Below, one piece after another: positions 27,531-37,424 of a DNA stretch of 64,000 nucleotides. A program made the translations under genes and the position numbers. Positions within the stretch are counted from its first letter, which is position 1, and each line of letters begins with the position of its first letter. The notes below the pieces were generated by a model, which saw only the letters and a program-made list of their open reading frames with translations, was not told the origin of the DNA and searched no databases. Location of the stretch: assembly GCA_964416445.1 (NCBI GenBank), contig CAYQEE010000004.1, forward strand, positions 47,868-111,867. Direction: 5' to 3'. The DNA comes from an uncultured Gammaproteobacteria bacterium. GTDB taxonomy: Bacteria; Patescibacteriota; Microgenomatia; Levybacterales; UBA12049.

Positions 27531-29057
27531 TTAAAATGAAAGTAGGTCTGAATAGGAATTGATAGGCTTATCCTGTAATAATTTTTGGAAAACACCCAAA
27601 AAAGTAACATATTCTGCATTTGTCCAACCAAATCCACTTTTATCAGGATAGGTATGATTCCCTCCTCCTTCACCAGTAAGCCCGTTCCGTTTTTCAGGCA
27701 TAGTCTTGTATTTTTCAAAGAAAGAAGCTAGTGAAACTATGGCATTTTGCATAATTCTTTTAGCATGATTATAAAATCCATAATGGATTAGACCGAATAC
27801 ACTCATCATTTCTGTCGGAGACCAAATATTTGGCGCCGTCCACTGTCCGGGCATTAACATACAATTAATTGTTTCTAGATATCTCTCTGGAATACCAGCA
27901 GCAAGTAATTTTTCCTTCTCTAAAGTAGAGAACTTGGGCGGACATGAATCTAAGGCGGTTGTCATTAATCCATGTTCAGTCTCAAACCATGATAAGTTAT
28001 TAATCATTCGATCAGCCTGAGACTGTGTTGGAAGTTTACACCATAGAGTTTGAAATCCCGATAATGTTTTAAATTCATCTTTTTTTCCTCTTTTAACATC
28101 AAAATTAAAATAAAAACCTAATTCCTCATCCCAAAAGTATTTATTCATCTCCGAGATTCGAAGATCAATATGTTTTTGCCATGTTTCTGCCTCTCTTTTA
28201 TTTCCTAAAATTTCAGCAACTTCCTTAAAGTCTCTTTCGTATTTTAATAAAAAGCAATTTAAATCAATTGGTAGAAAATCAGCTGCTCGACCAGCAAATT
28301 CGGCAGTGGTATCTTTACCGCTTTCATATTCAGCTGGATAATGAGCACCAATATCTCGATCTCCCCAATTAGAGAGCGAGGTAAATTCAAATTTCCTATG
28401 ATTATAAGTATTTTTTTCATCCATACTGTCTCTATGTTTACTCATCCATACTGTTGAGTATTCTTTTTTCGCAATAGTTATATATTTCTTGAGCCATTTT
28501 TTGTTCTCCTGGATCACTAATTTATCAACAGCTTGCTTTTCAATTGAATGATAAATATCCATAATCATTGACGTTAATACAGGAGGTTGTGATCTATGAA
28601 GAAACCGAATGTCTGCTTGATTTGGGATTATATTATATTTCTGAAAAAGATACGAACAATTTTCCACAGCTCCAGTTGCTAAATATTCTCTTTCTGTTCC
28701 TATATGAGGCAATGCGGTAAACCAACTATCCCAATAAAAAAATCGAGCATGTAATCCTCCTTTAGCCATAGGCATTAAATACGGTGATGGTAATTTAATC
28801 GCGCCTGCTTTTTCATCACGCTCTGTAAATTGTTCCGGATGAACAATAAGCTCGCCCCAAAACCAGTCGATATATTGGCGAGTGTTTTCAATATTTCTAA
28901 TCATTTCAGGTTTCAAACCTTGGGTAAGAAAATACCGATATAATGAGCTATAAGGAGAGTTAGGTAGAATGACTAATTCGTGTTGATAAGGGTTGTTATA
29001 CGGTAATAATGTATTTGTTCCATTTGCAATTGGAGTAGATTGGGCAATACCTACCAT
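27531..29057 (-). CDS. Trehalase-like glycoside hydrolase (GH37 family).
   Basis: GGLHARFFYWDSWF resembles trehalase signature 1 (PGGRFxExYxWDxY). QWTAPNIWSP resembles signature 2 (QWDxPxGWxP). Confidence 0.65.
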   Translation of the reverse strand: MVGIAQSTPIANGTNTLLPYNNPYQHELVILPNSPYSSLYRYFLTQGLKPEMIRNIENTRQYIDWFWGELIVHPEQFTERDEKAGAIKLPSPYLMPMAKGGLHARFFYWDSWFTALPHIGTEREYLATGAVENCSYLFQKYNIIPNQADIRFLHRSQPPVLTSMIMDIYHSIEKQAVDKLVIQENKKWLKKYITIAKKEYSTVWMSKHRDSMDEKNTYNHRKFEFTSLSNWGDRDIGAHYPAEYESGKDTTAEFAGRAADFLPIDLNCFLLKYERDFKEVAEILGNKREAETWQKHIDLRISEMNKYFWDEELGFYFNFDVKRGKKDEFKTLSGFQTLWCKLPTQSQADRMINNLSWFETEHGLMTTALDSCPPKFSTLEKEKLLAAGIPERYLETINCMLMPGQWTAPNIWSPTEMMSVFGLIHYGFYNHAKRIMQNAIVSLASFFEKYKTMPEKRNGLTGEGGGNHTYPDKSGFGWTNAEYVTFLGVFQKLLQDKPINSYSDLLSF

Positions 29058-29141
29058 AAGAAAAAATAAATTCTCACAAAAGTGAAAGTATTATTCAGCG
29101 TATCAATGTCGAAATAAAAATGCAAGCGATAAAAGTAGTAG

Positions 29142-29915
29142 TTATATGTAAGCTAATGGAAGATGATGCTTAAAGTCATTTTTTGCCACTCTTTCTAATA
29201 CCTTCACCATAATTTCTTTAGAAATTCCTTTTTTAATTATTTCTTCACTTGTTAGCTTTTCATCAAAATAATAGGATAGAATCTGGTCTGCTTCTTTATA
29301 CGAGAAACCGAACTCTCCTTCATCTGTTTGATTTTCCCATAATCCAGCTGTCGGTTGTTTATTAATCAGTTTTGAAGGGATTTTTAATACTTTAGCAACT
29401 TCCAATACTTGTGTCTTATATAAACTTTTAATAGGTTCTAAATCTGAAGCTTCATCGCCAAATCGAGTAAAGTAACCAAGGTAATGTTCAGATTTATTTT
29501 CAGTTCCACAAACAAGAGTACCAAGCTTCTTGGAAAGGTCAAAAAGGTAGATCATTCTTACTCTTGCCATAATATTACCCATACGTAAATTATCCTGCTT
29601 GATATCAGCACTTTTGCAGATCGCATCAACGGCTTCTTTAATATTAATATGTAAGACATTCTTGGAAGGAATTCCTAATGAATCAATTAACAATTTTGCA
29701 TCTGTTACGCTTTCAGAATGAAGTTTACCATATGGCAGCATGACTGGATAGACATTATCTTTTCCTAATGCTTTTTTTGCTAATGAAGCAGAAACTGCAG
29801 AATCTATTCCTCCAGAAACTCCAATAATTACCTTATCAAATTCAGCAGAAGTAACAGCTTCTCGTATCCAATCAGATAACTTTTCCGCTAATTTTTTGTA
29901 GTCAATAGACTCCAT
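29142..29915 (-). CDS. nadE: NH3-dependent NAD+ synthetase.
   Basis: PP-loop VIIGVSGGIDSAV and the NadE fold. Confidence 0.9.
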   Translation of the reverse strand: MESIDYKKLAEKLSDWIREAVTSAEFDKVIIGVSGGIDSAVSASLAKKALGKDNVYPVMLPYGKLHSESVTDAKLLIDSLGIPSKNVLHINIKEAVDAICKSADIKQDNLRMGNIMARVRMIYLFDLSKKLGTLVCGTENKSEHYLGYFTRFGDEASDLEPIKSLYKTQVLEVAKVLKIPSKLINKQPTAGLWENQTDEGEFGFSYKEADQILSYYFDEKLTSEEIIKKGISKEIMVKVLERVAKNDFKHHLPLAYI

Positions 29916-29917
29916 AC

Positions 29918-30478
29918 TTATTTATACAACCTGTGCTTCATTATATAATTTTCTATTTTGTTTGGAACATATTTATGTATAGATAAACTGTGTCTTATTC
30001 TATCTCTTATTTCGGTTGAAGACAAATTTGTCGCAGAGTAGTTCTTGCTTAATAACTTAAAATTCGATGGAATCGATTTTATAGGATATCCCTCACGAGG
30101 TATAACAAGAAAAGGAATCATAACTATGAGCTCGTGATAATTTTTCCAATTGTGTAAATTACTTAGTTGATCACTACCAAGAATCCAATAATAACTGTTA
30201 TTAGTAACTCTAAGTAATTCCTTTACAGTATCAATAGTAAATGTATCTCCCCCTCTATGAATGTCTATTGGAGAAGATTTAATATTTGACTCTTCAATAA
30301 GATTAACCATTGCTAACCTATCAATTGGTGAAGCAACTATCGACCTCCAGGGATGAGTATTTACCGGAATAAACAACACTTGGTCAATATTTGGTCCATT
30401 TGTTAATACTTGGTGAGCAATATGTAAATGCCCATAATGCGGTGGATCAAATTTACCGCCTAATAGTGCGATATTCAT
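29918..30478 (-). CDS. nadD: Nicotinate-nucleotide adenylyltransferase.
   Basis: IALLGGKFDPPHYGHL (HxGH) nucleotidyltransferase motif. The start is taken at MNIALLGG. Confidence 0.85.
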   Translation of the reverse strand: MNIALLGGKFDPPHYGHLHIAHQVLTNGPNIDQVLFIPVNTHPWRSIVASPIDRLAMVNLIEESNIKSSPIDIHRGGDTFTIDTVKELLRVTNNSYYWILGSDQLSNLHNWKNYHELIVMIPFLVIPREGYPIKSIPSNFKLLSKNYSATNLSSTEIRDRIRHSLSIHKYVPNKIENYIMKHRLYK

Positions 30479-30511
30479 AGTAATTGTCACTATTGTAACA
30501 TAGTAAAAAAT

Positions 30512-31003
30512 TTGATTCTCTTTAACTCGTTTGAAGGAAATAATCAAAATATCAATTATTATAATTTCGGTGGAGCTAAAACTTTTGGGAAGTCATTGCA
30601 ATTTACCCCTTTTTACCAAACCTTAGCAAAAAATAATATCTTGAATTTACAAACTACGATAAGCGGAGGAACTATCAAGACTATGTTTCTTATTATGCTT
30701 TAAAATTCAAACTGGGCTAGCATTATCGGAAACTTTACTAATACTCCTTATAGTAATCAGCATCTACTCCCTCAGGCGTCGTACGCTAACAATTACTACA
30801 ATCCGATAAATGTTCATCTAAGTGAACAGAATTATATCTGGCTTGAGGCTGGATCATATACAAATATCGGTAGGAGAAGATTCCCAAGCGATGATGATCC
30901 GAGTTTTATAAATTCAACTGATGATCCAACGTTCTTAGATGAAGCGCATCTTTCATGGGAAACTTATATAGAAAATATTGACAAATCAATTAATTAACTA
31001 GGT
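30512..31003 (+). pseudogene. Asn/Tyr-rich ORF of about 164 codons interrupted by a single in-frame TAA at 30701-30703.
   Basis: The 63 aa ORF 30512..30703 and a start-less 100-codon ORF 30704..31003 are in the same frame, separated only by TAA. Confidence 0.35.
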
Positions 31004-32365
31004 TTAATTATTTACAGATTGCGTATAAAAGAGCAACTCATTATTCCAAGTCCCAAGATAATTTATTTCATTTATTTGTGTTGGATTAATCATAATTGTT
31101 TGTGGTAAGTTTGTAACTGTATTTGTAGGTATATCTATAATTGCAAATGTGCTTTTATTATTATTAAACAAATAGACTTTATTTTTCACAATAGCAATAA
31201 CGGCATATCCATTGTAACTAGATAAATCAAGAGTTTGAGTAACTGATCTCGCATTAACATTGATAATATAAATCTTTGCTCCAAGAAGATAATATATCGT
31301 CTGGTTATCATCACTTACTGCAAATTTATTAATTTGATTTGGCATATCTGAAATTGGCGCGGTTAAATTTGCAGGAAGCAATGTCCCTAAATCAATAATG
31401 GTATTTTGGCTAAGATTAGTTATATTATAGATATACAAGTTACCATATTCTGATACAAATCCATCCGGTGTTGAGTTACTATACGGTAAAGATAGAAGAA
31501 GTGAATTTGCATTCGGTAGTGAACCGATTAAATAGGGATCACTACCATTACATCCCTCTCCGTCTTTTGTTATGAATGTTGCAGAACCTGTGCTATACAA
31601 ATAAACTTCACCTTCTCCTTTACAATATGTTTGCTTAACATAATTAATTACATCCCTACCTGCAGATGAAAATAAATACGAAATGGATCCATTAGTTAAT
31701 GTTGGAAAAGGACCTATGGTTCGTAACGCATTTGAAGCAAGATTATATTCAACCAAGTAAGAATTAGGATCTGCTTGTTGAGAATAATTCGGATCAAGAG
31801 GATTAAGAATAATACTAATATAGAGTAACGAAGGAGAAATAAATGTAAGATTTGAAATTTTCGTTCCGATTTTCGTATTCGTATATATGACACGTGATTC
31901 TTGAGTTTGTAATGAGAATTGCATGACGAGATTCTGATCAACATAATAGATATTTCCAGCAGAATCAGTAATAGGTGTTTGTCCCTGGAATCCTTTTTCA
32001 GGTAAGATGCTTGTTAGTTTATTAAACGAAGAACCATTAATAGTATAAATATTTAATCTTTGTGTTGTTGGCGTAACTATTGGCGTAAGGGAAGGAGTTA
32101 TTTGATTAGTAGTAGTTACCGGATTATTCGATTGAGAACTTGAAGATTGATAAAGAATAATGAAACTCAAACCAAATATAATTGCTATTATTATTATGCT
32201 AGCAATGATAATCAATAATTTTTTATTCACTTTGTGGATCTTACTTTGGCTTTGAGAAATCTCTTTCTTTTCTTCAGAACTTGACGATTCATTTATAACT
32301 GGTTTTGACAATGATTCCATTAAGGTTATCATTCCATCCTCAGGCTTAATTGTCAATATAAGCAA
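31004..32365 (-). CDS. Membrane-anchored extracellular hypothetical protein, possibly beta-propeller-like.
   Basis: N-terminal cytoplasmic stretch, one transmembrane helix, then an S/T/N-rich ectodomain of about 380 aa. It lies immediately downstream of the sortase gene. Confidence 0.5.
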   Translation of the reverse strand: MLILTIKPEDGMITLMESLSKPVINESSSSEEKKEISQSQSKIHKVNKKLLIIIASIIIIAIIFGLSFIILYQSSSSQSNNPVTTTNQITPSLTPIVTPTTQRLNIYTINGSSFNKLTSILPEKGFQGQTPITDSAGNIYYVDQNLVMQFSLQTQESRVIYTNTKIGTKISNLTFISPSLLYISIILNPLDPNYSQQADPNSYLVEYNLASNALRTIGPFPTLTNGSISYLFSSAGRDVINYVKQTYCKGEGEVYLYSTGSATFITKDGEGCNGSDPYLIGSLPNANSLLLSLPYSNSTPDGFVSEYGNLYIYNITNLSQNTIIDLGTLLPANLTAPISDMPNQINKFAVSDDNQTIYYLLGAKIYIINVNARSVTQTLDLSSYNGYAVIAIVKNKVYLFNNNKSTFAIIDIPTNTVTNLPQTIMINPTQINEINYLGTWNNELLFYTQSVNN

Positions 32366-32386
32366 TAATTAATAGGGAGCGTAGTT

Positions 32387-33073
32387 TTACTCCTTCTTAG
32401 GAGGTTTTGCAATAACAATCAATCTCTTCCATGTCGTTCCAGGAGGCCAACAAGTCTGCAAAACGAGTTGCTCATCTGTCGTTTGTGCTTGGGTTAATAA
32501 GTTGACCTGGTCAGGATCAATAATTTCTACTTTCGTAACTTTATAATTATATCGTTGATTTTGAAAAAATAAATAAACATCATCACCAACTGACATATCT
32601 TTAAGAAGATAAAATACCGCATTATACCTTCCAACATCCCAGAAACTATCCGTTGAATGGGCAAATAAATATGTCGTTCCTAATAAACCGGGAAAAACAC
32701 TCCCTTTAGCATGAGCAACACCTTTTTTTAATGCTGGTATATAATCATCCGGATTAGAAGGGTCAATATTTGGTAATATACGCTCTGCCGCTCCTATCTT
32801 CGGAATAATAATACTAAAAAATGGATCTGGAGCAACAAGTACTTGAGTATGTGCATTTGATAAAATATTTCCCAATCCACCATTTTGATATTCTTGCTGT
32901 TGTGTTGTTGTCGCTGCGACATAATGAACACCATTCGCTCGGTCAATTTGGAATCGGATCTCCTCGTAGACAGCTGGGCCAAACGTCATTCCAACTCCAA
33001 ATAGGGCAAAGAGCACTAAAAAATTACCAATACTTCGAAGAATAAGAAAACGGATTATTTCTGATTTTGTCAC
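32387..33073 (-). CDS. Sortase-family transpeptidase.
   Basis: N-terminal transmembrane anchor, catalytic His (LFAHS) and the TLxTC motif (LVLQTCWPP). Confidence 0.85.
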   Translation of the reverse strand: MTKSEIIRFLILRSIGNFLVLFALFGVGMTFGPAVYEEIRFQIDRANGVHYVAATTTQQQEYQNGGLGNILSNAHTQVLVAPDPFFSIIIPKIGAAERILPNIDPSNPDDYIPALKKGVAHAKGSVFPGLLGTTYLFAHSTDSFWDVGRYNAVFYLLKDMSVGDDVYLFFQNQRYNYKVTKVEIIDPDQVNLLTQAQTTDEQLVLQTCWPPGTTWKRLIVIAKPPKKE

Positions 33074-33170
33074 AATTAATATTATAGCAATTTTATTTCA
33101 GTCATTTGCTAGTTTATTGCACTATTTACATTACAGATTTTTTTTATTATAATTCGCCTATTCATCAAGC

Positions 33171-33599
33171 ATGAAATTTAAAAATAAATATCTATTTATA
33201 ACACTCGTGCTTTTAGGATGGGGCATTTTAGTTACTCCAGCTTTCGGGTGGAATAAGAAACCAGAAAATCGTCCTCAAAATAACATAACTATATTAAATC
33301 ATCAGATTAATAACAGTAATACAAATAAAAATATAAACAACAACTCTCAACAACAAAACGCCATTCAAAATTCATCAAACAATATTAGTATTACTAACGA
33401 CAATAATTCCAACATCTCAAATAATAACTCGATAAATCTTACTAATAATCCAATTCCTCAGACTATTCCACTTCAGGTCGTTACGGTTGCTCCGATTGTA
33501 CAAACAACACAACTTCCGCAGACGGGTTCACCATTTCTATCGTTAGCCACGTTATTAGGTTTTGTACCTTTAGGACTTTATCTTCGTAAATTAGCATAG
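33171..33599 (+). CDS. LPXTG-type cell-wall-anchored protein, a candidate sortase substrate.
   Basis: Signal peptide, Asn-rich low-complexity region, LPQTGS sorting motif, hydrophobic segment and an RKLA tail. Confidence 0.8.
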   Translation: MKFKNKYLFITLVLLGWGILVTPAFGWNKKPENRPQNNITILNHQINNSNTNKNINNNSQQQNAIQNSSNNISITNDNNSNISNNNSINLTNNPIPQTIPLQVVTVAPIVQTTQLPQTGSPFLSLATLLGFVPLGLYLRKLA

Positions 33600-33657
33600 C
33601 TCAAATTTTCATCTTTACTTTATTGACAAGCTTAGAAACTATTTCTAAACTCAATGT

Positions 33658-35001
33658 ATGTCTATGAAGGATACCAAATCTCCATTTTTATCAGTAGGCG
33701 AATTGTGTAACGAAGCGTTTACGCATTGGAAAGAAAGAATTATTCCCTATCTGGGAACATTAATATTCTTTGGATTTCTGTGGATACTCATAACTATTTT
33801 GATAATCATCTTTGGAGGAATGGTGATCATAATTGGTCTTATTTTTACAAAATCATTTTTCACTATTTTACTCGTAGCTGGCATAGCGATTCTTCTTACT
33901 ATCTTATCCTCTATCTATTTGTTTGCTCTTTTTATATTAACTTCTGTCAATATTCTCGTTGGTAAAAAACAGTCTATTTTATCAATGATACAATCCATGA
34001 AACCATTAGTATTTGGATATATTTGGGTAGCATTAAGTTCTGCAATTTTTTTAACCGGATTATTTCCATACGGTATCATAACTTTATTTATTCTCCCCAT
34101 GATCTGGACATTTTGGAGCAGTTTCACTACCTTCGTTTATTTAGAAAAAAAAGAACATGGCTTACAAAATCTATGGACAAGTCGTGACTTATATAATCAA
34201 AAATTTTGGGAGTTATTGTTTCGAAGTTTATTACCTCTTGGAGGAAGTATTTTGATAATGATTTTTTACGTTCTAATAGCCCATTTCATTCCCCTTCAAG
34301 CCTTATCTGCAATTATTCTTTATTTCGTTTTCCACCTCCTGAATATTCTATATGGTTCGTTTGTCATCTGTTACAATTACGAATTGTATCGTCTTTTACC
34401 TAAAACCAAGAAAGCTCAGACTCCAAAGGTATGGATTATACTTTCTCTTATTGGATGGATTATCAATATTGTTCTCATCCTTTCCTTTTCATATTTTTTA
34501 TTACAAATTATTCCAAACTTTCAGCATTATTATGATTATGTAACTCATATTGATTCGTCAAAAAGCTCGACCTTTCATCAAGATACGAATACTCTCTATT
34601 ATACGTCCATCATAGGACATCCAGCGATACTTACTGATAGAACAGTTATGGTCGAAACTGTTCAAAAAAACTATCAAGCTGCCAAAGCTGATAACCTTTC
34701 ATTGCTCGAACAATTTATTCTTGTTAATGTTAGTATTACAAATACCAGTCAACATATTCTTCAATACAGTCCTTATGATTTCTTTTTAGTAAATAAAACT
34801 GGAGACTTGACTGGACCAACTTTTTCTTTCTCGCTTTCAGACTCAGCAATGTTAGGTTCAGGACAGCTTGCACCGGGTGCAAAAAAAACTGGAGCTATTA
34901 TTTTTAAAGTTATTTCCCATTCTGAACCATTTACCCTCATATACCAACCAATAATCAACTCACCAGTTAGAAAATTTGCTGTGGAAATTAACCTTAAATA
35001 A
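33658..35001 (+). CDS. Polytopic membrane protein with a C-terminal DUF4352-like extracellular domain.
   Basis: About 8 transmembrane helices followed by a beta-rich domain (ILVNVSITNTS...FFLVNKTGDLTGP...GAIIFKV). Confidence 0.55.
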   Translation: MSMKDTKSPFLSVGELCNEAFTHWKERIIPYLGTLIFFGFLWILITILIIIFGGMVIIIGLIFTKSFFTILLVAGIAILLTILSSIYLFALFILTSVNILVGKKQSILSMIQSMKPLVFGYIWVALSSAIFLTGLFPYGIITLFILPMIWTFWSSFTTFVYLEKKEHGLQNLWTSRDLYNQKFWELLFRSLLPLGGSILIMIFYVLIAHFIPLQALSAIILYFVFHLLNILYGSFVICYNYELYRLLPKTKKAQTPKVWIILSLIGWIINIVLILSFSYFLLQIIPNFQHYYDYVTHIDSSKSSTFHQDTNTLYYTSIIGHPAILTDRTVMVETVQKNYQAAKADNLSLLEQFILVNVSITNTSQHILQYSPYDFFLVNKTGDLTGPTFSFSLSDSAMLGSGQLAPGAKKTGAIIFKVISHSEPFTLIYQPIINSPVRKFAVEINLK

Positions 35002-35004
35002 CTA

Positions 35005-35751
35005 TCATAGGATAAATTTTTCAATAATATGCATAACTCCATCTTGTTCCACAGTAGGAGCAATATAATCAGCAATTGCCTTTACATCTTGTACCGCATT
35101 TCCCATAGCTATTTTAAGACCACAGGCCATCAGTAAGGGAAAATCATTATACCCTTCACCAACTCCAATAATTTCTTCTTTTTTTATTTTCAATATTTTT
35201 GATACTTCAATTATTCCATGAAGTTTTGTAGCTTCTGGATTAGTAACAGTAACATGCACATTCCCATCTTCTCCCCATGCAGAAGCAATATGGACTGCGA
35301 TAGATGAAATGTGAGAAATTTGCTGCATAAATTTATGCGCACGTTGGAGTGGAATTGGCTCTGTATATATATCAAGAGGTTCATATGGAATATAGGAGTC
35401 TGAAAGTATCTTCTCTTCACCATAATCAGCAACAATTAATTTAACTTCAAATACTTTTGCAATTTTTTTAACTTCTTCTAATGCTGTAACAGAAAGTAGT
35501 CTTTGTGAAAAAATTTTTCCTAATTTTGGATCAATAATTTGAGCACCACCAGTAATAATGCTTGGACCATATAAAGGTAATCTGTTAAAAATTGATGTAA
35601 GCGAACTTAGCGAGCGAGCTGTAGCAATTCCAACATGAACTTTTTTTTGAGCTTTTTCAATTGCCTTTACCACATTTTGTGAAGGTACACCATCTTGTCT
35701 GTTTGGAATTAGCGTGCCATCAACATCACATATTAATGCTTTATACTTCAT
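35005..35751 (-). CDS. HAD-superfamily Cof-type (IIB) hydrolase.
   Basis: DVDGTL motif I at the N-terminus and a Cof-like cap. Confidence 0.8.
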   Translation of the reverse strand: MKYKALICDVDGTLIPNRQDGVPSQNVVKAIEKAQKKVHVGIATARSLSSLTSIFNRLPLYGPSIITGGAQIIDPKLGKIFSQRLLSVTALEEVKKIAKVFEVKLIVADYGEEKILSDSYIPYEPLDIYTEPIPLQRAHKFMQQISHISSIAVHIASAWGEDGNVHVTVTNPEATKLHGIIEVSKILKIKKEEIIGVGEGYNDFPLLMACGLKIAMGNAVQDVKAIADYIAPTVEQDGVMHIIEKFIL

Positions 35752-35823
35752 AATTGAGTGTTTATTGTATCATGATTATTTTTTTTATATGATATGAACA
35801 GTGGTCATAATTAAATTTAAACC

Positions 35824-37416
35824 ATGATAAATATAGTAAAAGAGTATATGCATAAGCATATACTCTTAAATATCGTATTCGTTTTTATCGTTGTTCTCTG
35901 CCTACCAGTTCTTGTCTTATCCTTACAACAACCTCATGATTATCGCCAGGAAGCTTCGTCCTGTCCTTATTTAGGAGACGCAAAAGTATATTCCCAAGGC
36001 AACCAATGTTTTAGCTCAACAGGTTTAGGATTTAATACAGTTGGAGGGAAATATACTTGCGGACCTGTACGATGTCCTAGAGATAAAACAAGTAATTTAC
36101 CTCAGGGAAATACATGTACATATACACAAAATGGTAAATGTTACGATGGGTACGGAGGAAGTGGTTTAAATCCAAGTTCAAAAGAAGGAGGTTGTACATA
36201 TAATCAGTCTGCATCTACACCCCAAACATGTCCAAGTTCTTATCAAGTAATAGCAAAAGTTGTCGATACATCAAAAAATGCTATTAGCGGAGTCACTATT
36301 GATGTTTATGATAATGGCCATGGCGATTATACAATTACGACAGCTTCCGATGGAACTGCAAAAATTAATAGCTGGTCAGGTGATCATGTCATATTCACTC
36401 CAACTAGTAGTAATTATACTTACGACAAATCTAATATTAGTCTAACGACAAATACCTCGTTTTCGTGCGGAACACAACTTGGAATACCCCCAGCAACAGG
36501 CAATACAACAAACCCTTGCACTTTTATTGCAACTTCAGTTTCGCCATCACCTTCAGTTTCTCCTTCGCCATCACCTTCAGTTTCTCCTTTCCCTTCCCCT
36601 TCCAACAGCCCATCGCCTACTTCAACTCCCATCCCATCTCCGAGTGGAGATATCTCTCCTTCAGCGCAAATCACACCAACTGATACTCCTTTCCCTTCCC
36701 CTTCAGGAATTACGCCAACTGACACTCCAACAGATACGCCTACCGACACTCCAACAGATACACCTACCGACACTCCAACTGCAACTTTAACTCAGGTTCC
36801 TTCCACTACTTCCTCGCCTACTTCTACTCCAACCCTTGGTGTTACTACTGGCTCTCTATCCATCCATTTTCAAGGTATTGATCCAGAAAATAACACTCAT
36901 CCTAATCATCCGCAAAGACAAATTACTCTTTATTTTTATACCTCAAATAACTTTTCGGGACAGTCAAATTATTCTCTCCCTCTCTTAGTTACTTTTTCTC
37001 CAACTGACCAAAATGGTCTTTTTATCAACTCTTCATTTGACCTCTCCTCTATTCCCCCCGGGTCCTATTATGTCTTAGCGAAATCTCCTGAGGGATCACT
37101 TCGTGAAGTTCTTAATGGAACACAACAAGTCTTAATTACTGCTGGTAAAAATAATCCAATTGAACCCATTACTATACAAAATAATACTTTCACTACCCTT
37201 CGCATGGGAGATCTTGATGGTGATAATGCCGTTACTCTCACGGATTATAATATCCTTGTTGATTGTTTCGGTGACAAATCAACAAGTCCTGCTTGTAAAT
37301 CTCATAATATCTCTGACCAAACTAAAGGACTTTTTGCTGATTTGAATGATGACGGTGCAACCAATGGTATCGACTATAATATACTTCTGAGAAATTTCGG
37401 TGCTACGGGATATTAA
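35824..37416 (+). CDS. Secreted Cys-rich, Pro/Thr/Ser-repeat protein with a C-terminal dockerin-type double repeat.
   Basis: Signal peptide, Cys-rich N-terminal domain, SPSPSVSPSP/TPTDTPTD repeats, a beta-sandwich-like region, and DLDGDNAVTLTDYNIL / DLNDDGATNGIDYNIL Ca-binding dockerin repeats. Confidence 0.7.
   Translation: MINIVKEYMHKHILLNIVFVFIVVLCLPVLVLSLQQPHDYRQEASSCPYLGDAKVYSQGNQCFSSTGLGFNTVGGKYTCGPVRCPRDKTSNLPQGNTCTYTQNGKCYDGYGGSGLNPSSKEGGCTYNQSASTPQTCPSSYQVIAKVVDTSKNAISGVTIDVYDNGHGDYTITTASDGTAKINSWSGDHVIFTPTSSNYTYDKSNISLTTNTSFSCGTQLGIPPATGNTTNPCTFIATSVSPSPSVSPSPSPSVSPFPSPSNSPSPTSTPIPSPSGDISPSAQITPTDTPFPSPSGITPTDTPTDTPTDTPTDTPTDTPTATLTQVPSTTSSPTSTPTLGVTTGSLSIHFQGIDPENNTHPNHPQRQITLYFYTSNNFSGQSNYSLPLLVTFSPTDQNGLFINSSFDLSSIPPGSYYVLAKSPEGSLREVLNGTQQVLITAGKNNPIEPITIQNNTFTTLRMGDLDGDNAVTLTDYNILVDCFGDKSTSPACKSHNISDQTKGLFADLNDDGATNGIDYNILLRNFGATGY
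36540..36790 (+). repeat. In-frame tandem nucleotide repeats encoding (S/P)n and (TPTD)n linkers.
   Basis: 12-nt units of the form ACnGAyACnCCn are repeated about 6 times at 36715-36786, preceded by CCATCACCTTCAGTTTCTCCTTC repeats. Confidence 0.7.
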
Positions 37417-37424
37417 ATTTTTTA

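Noticed and set aside
30512-30703. The 63 aa ORF as an independent gene.
   Set aside because: It continues in-frame past a single TAA for another 100 codons, so it is better explained as part of an interrupted or decayed ORF.
36420-36790. ORFs in alternative frames and on the minus strand within the dockerin-protein repeat region, and a possible CRISPR-like repeat.
   Set aside because: The repeats are in-frame coding Pro/Thr/Ser repeats. They have no spacer structure and sit inside a long CDS. The alternate-frame ORFs are repeat artefacts.
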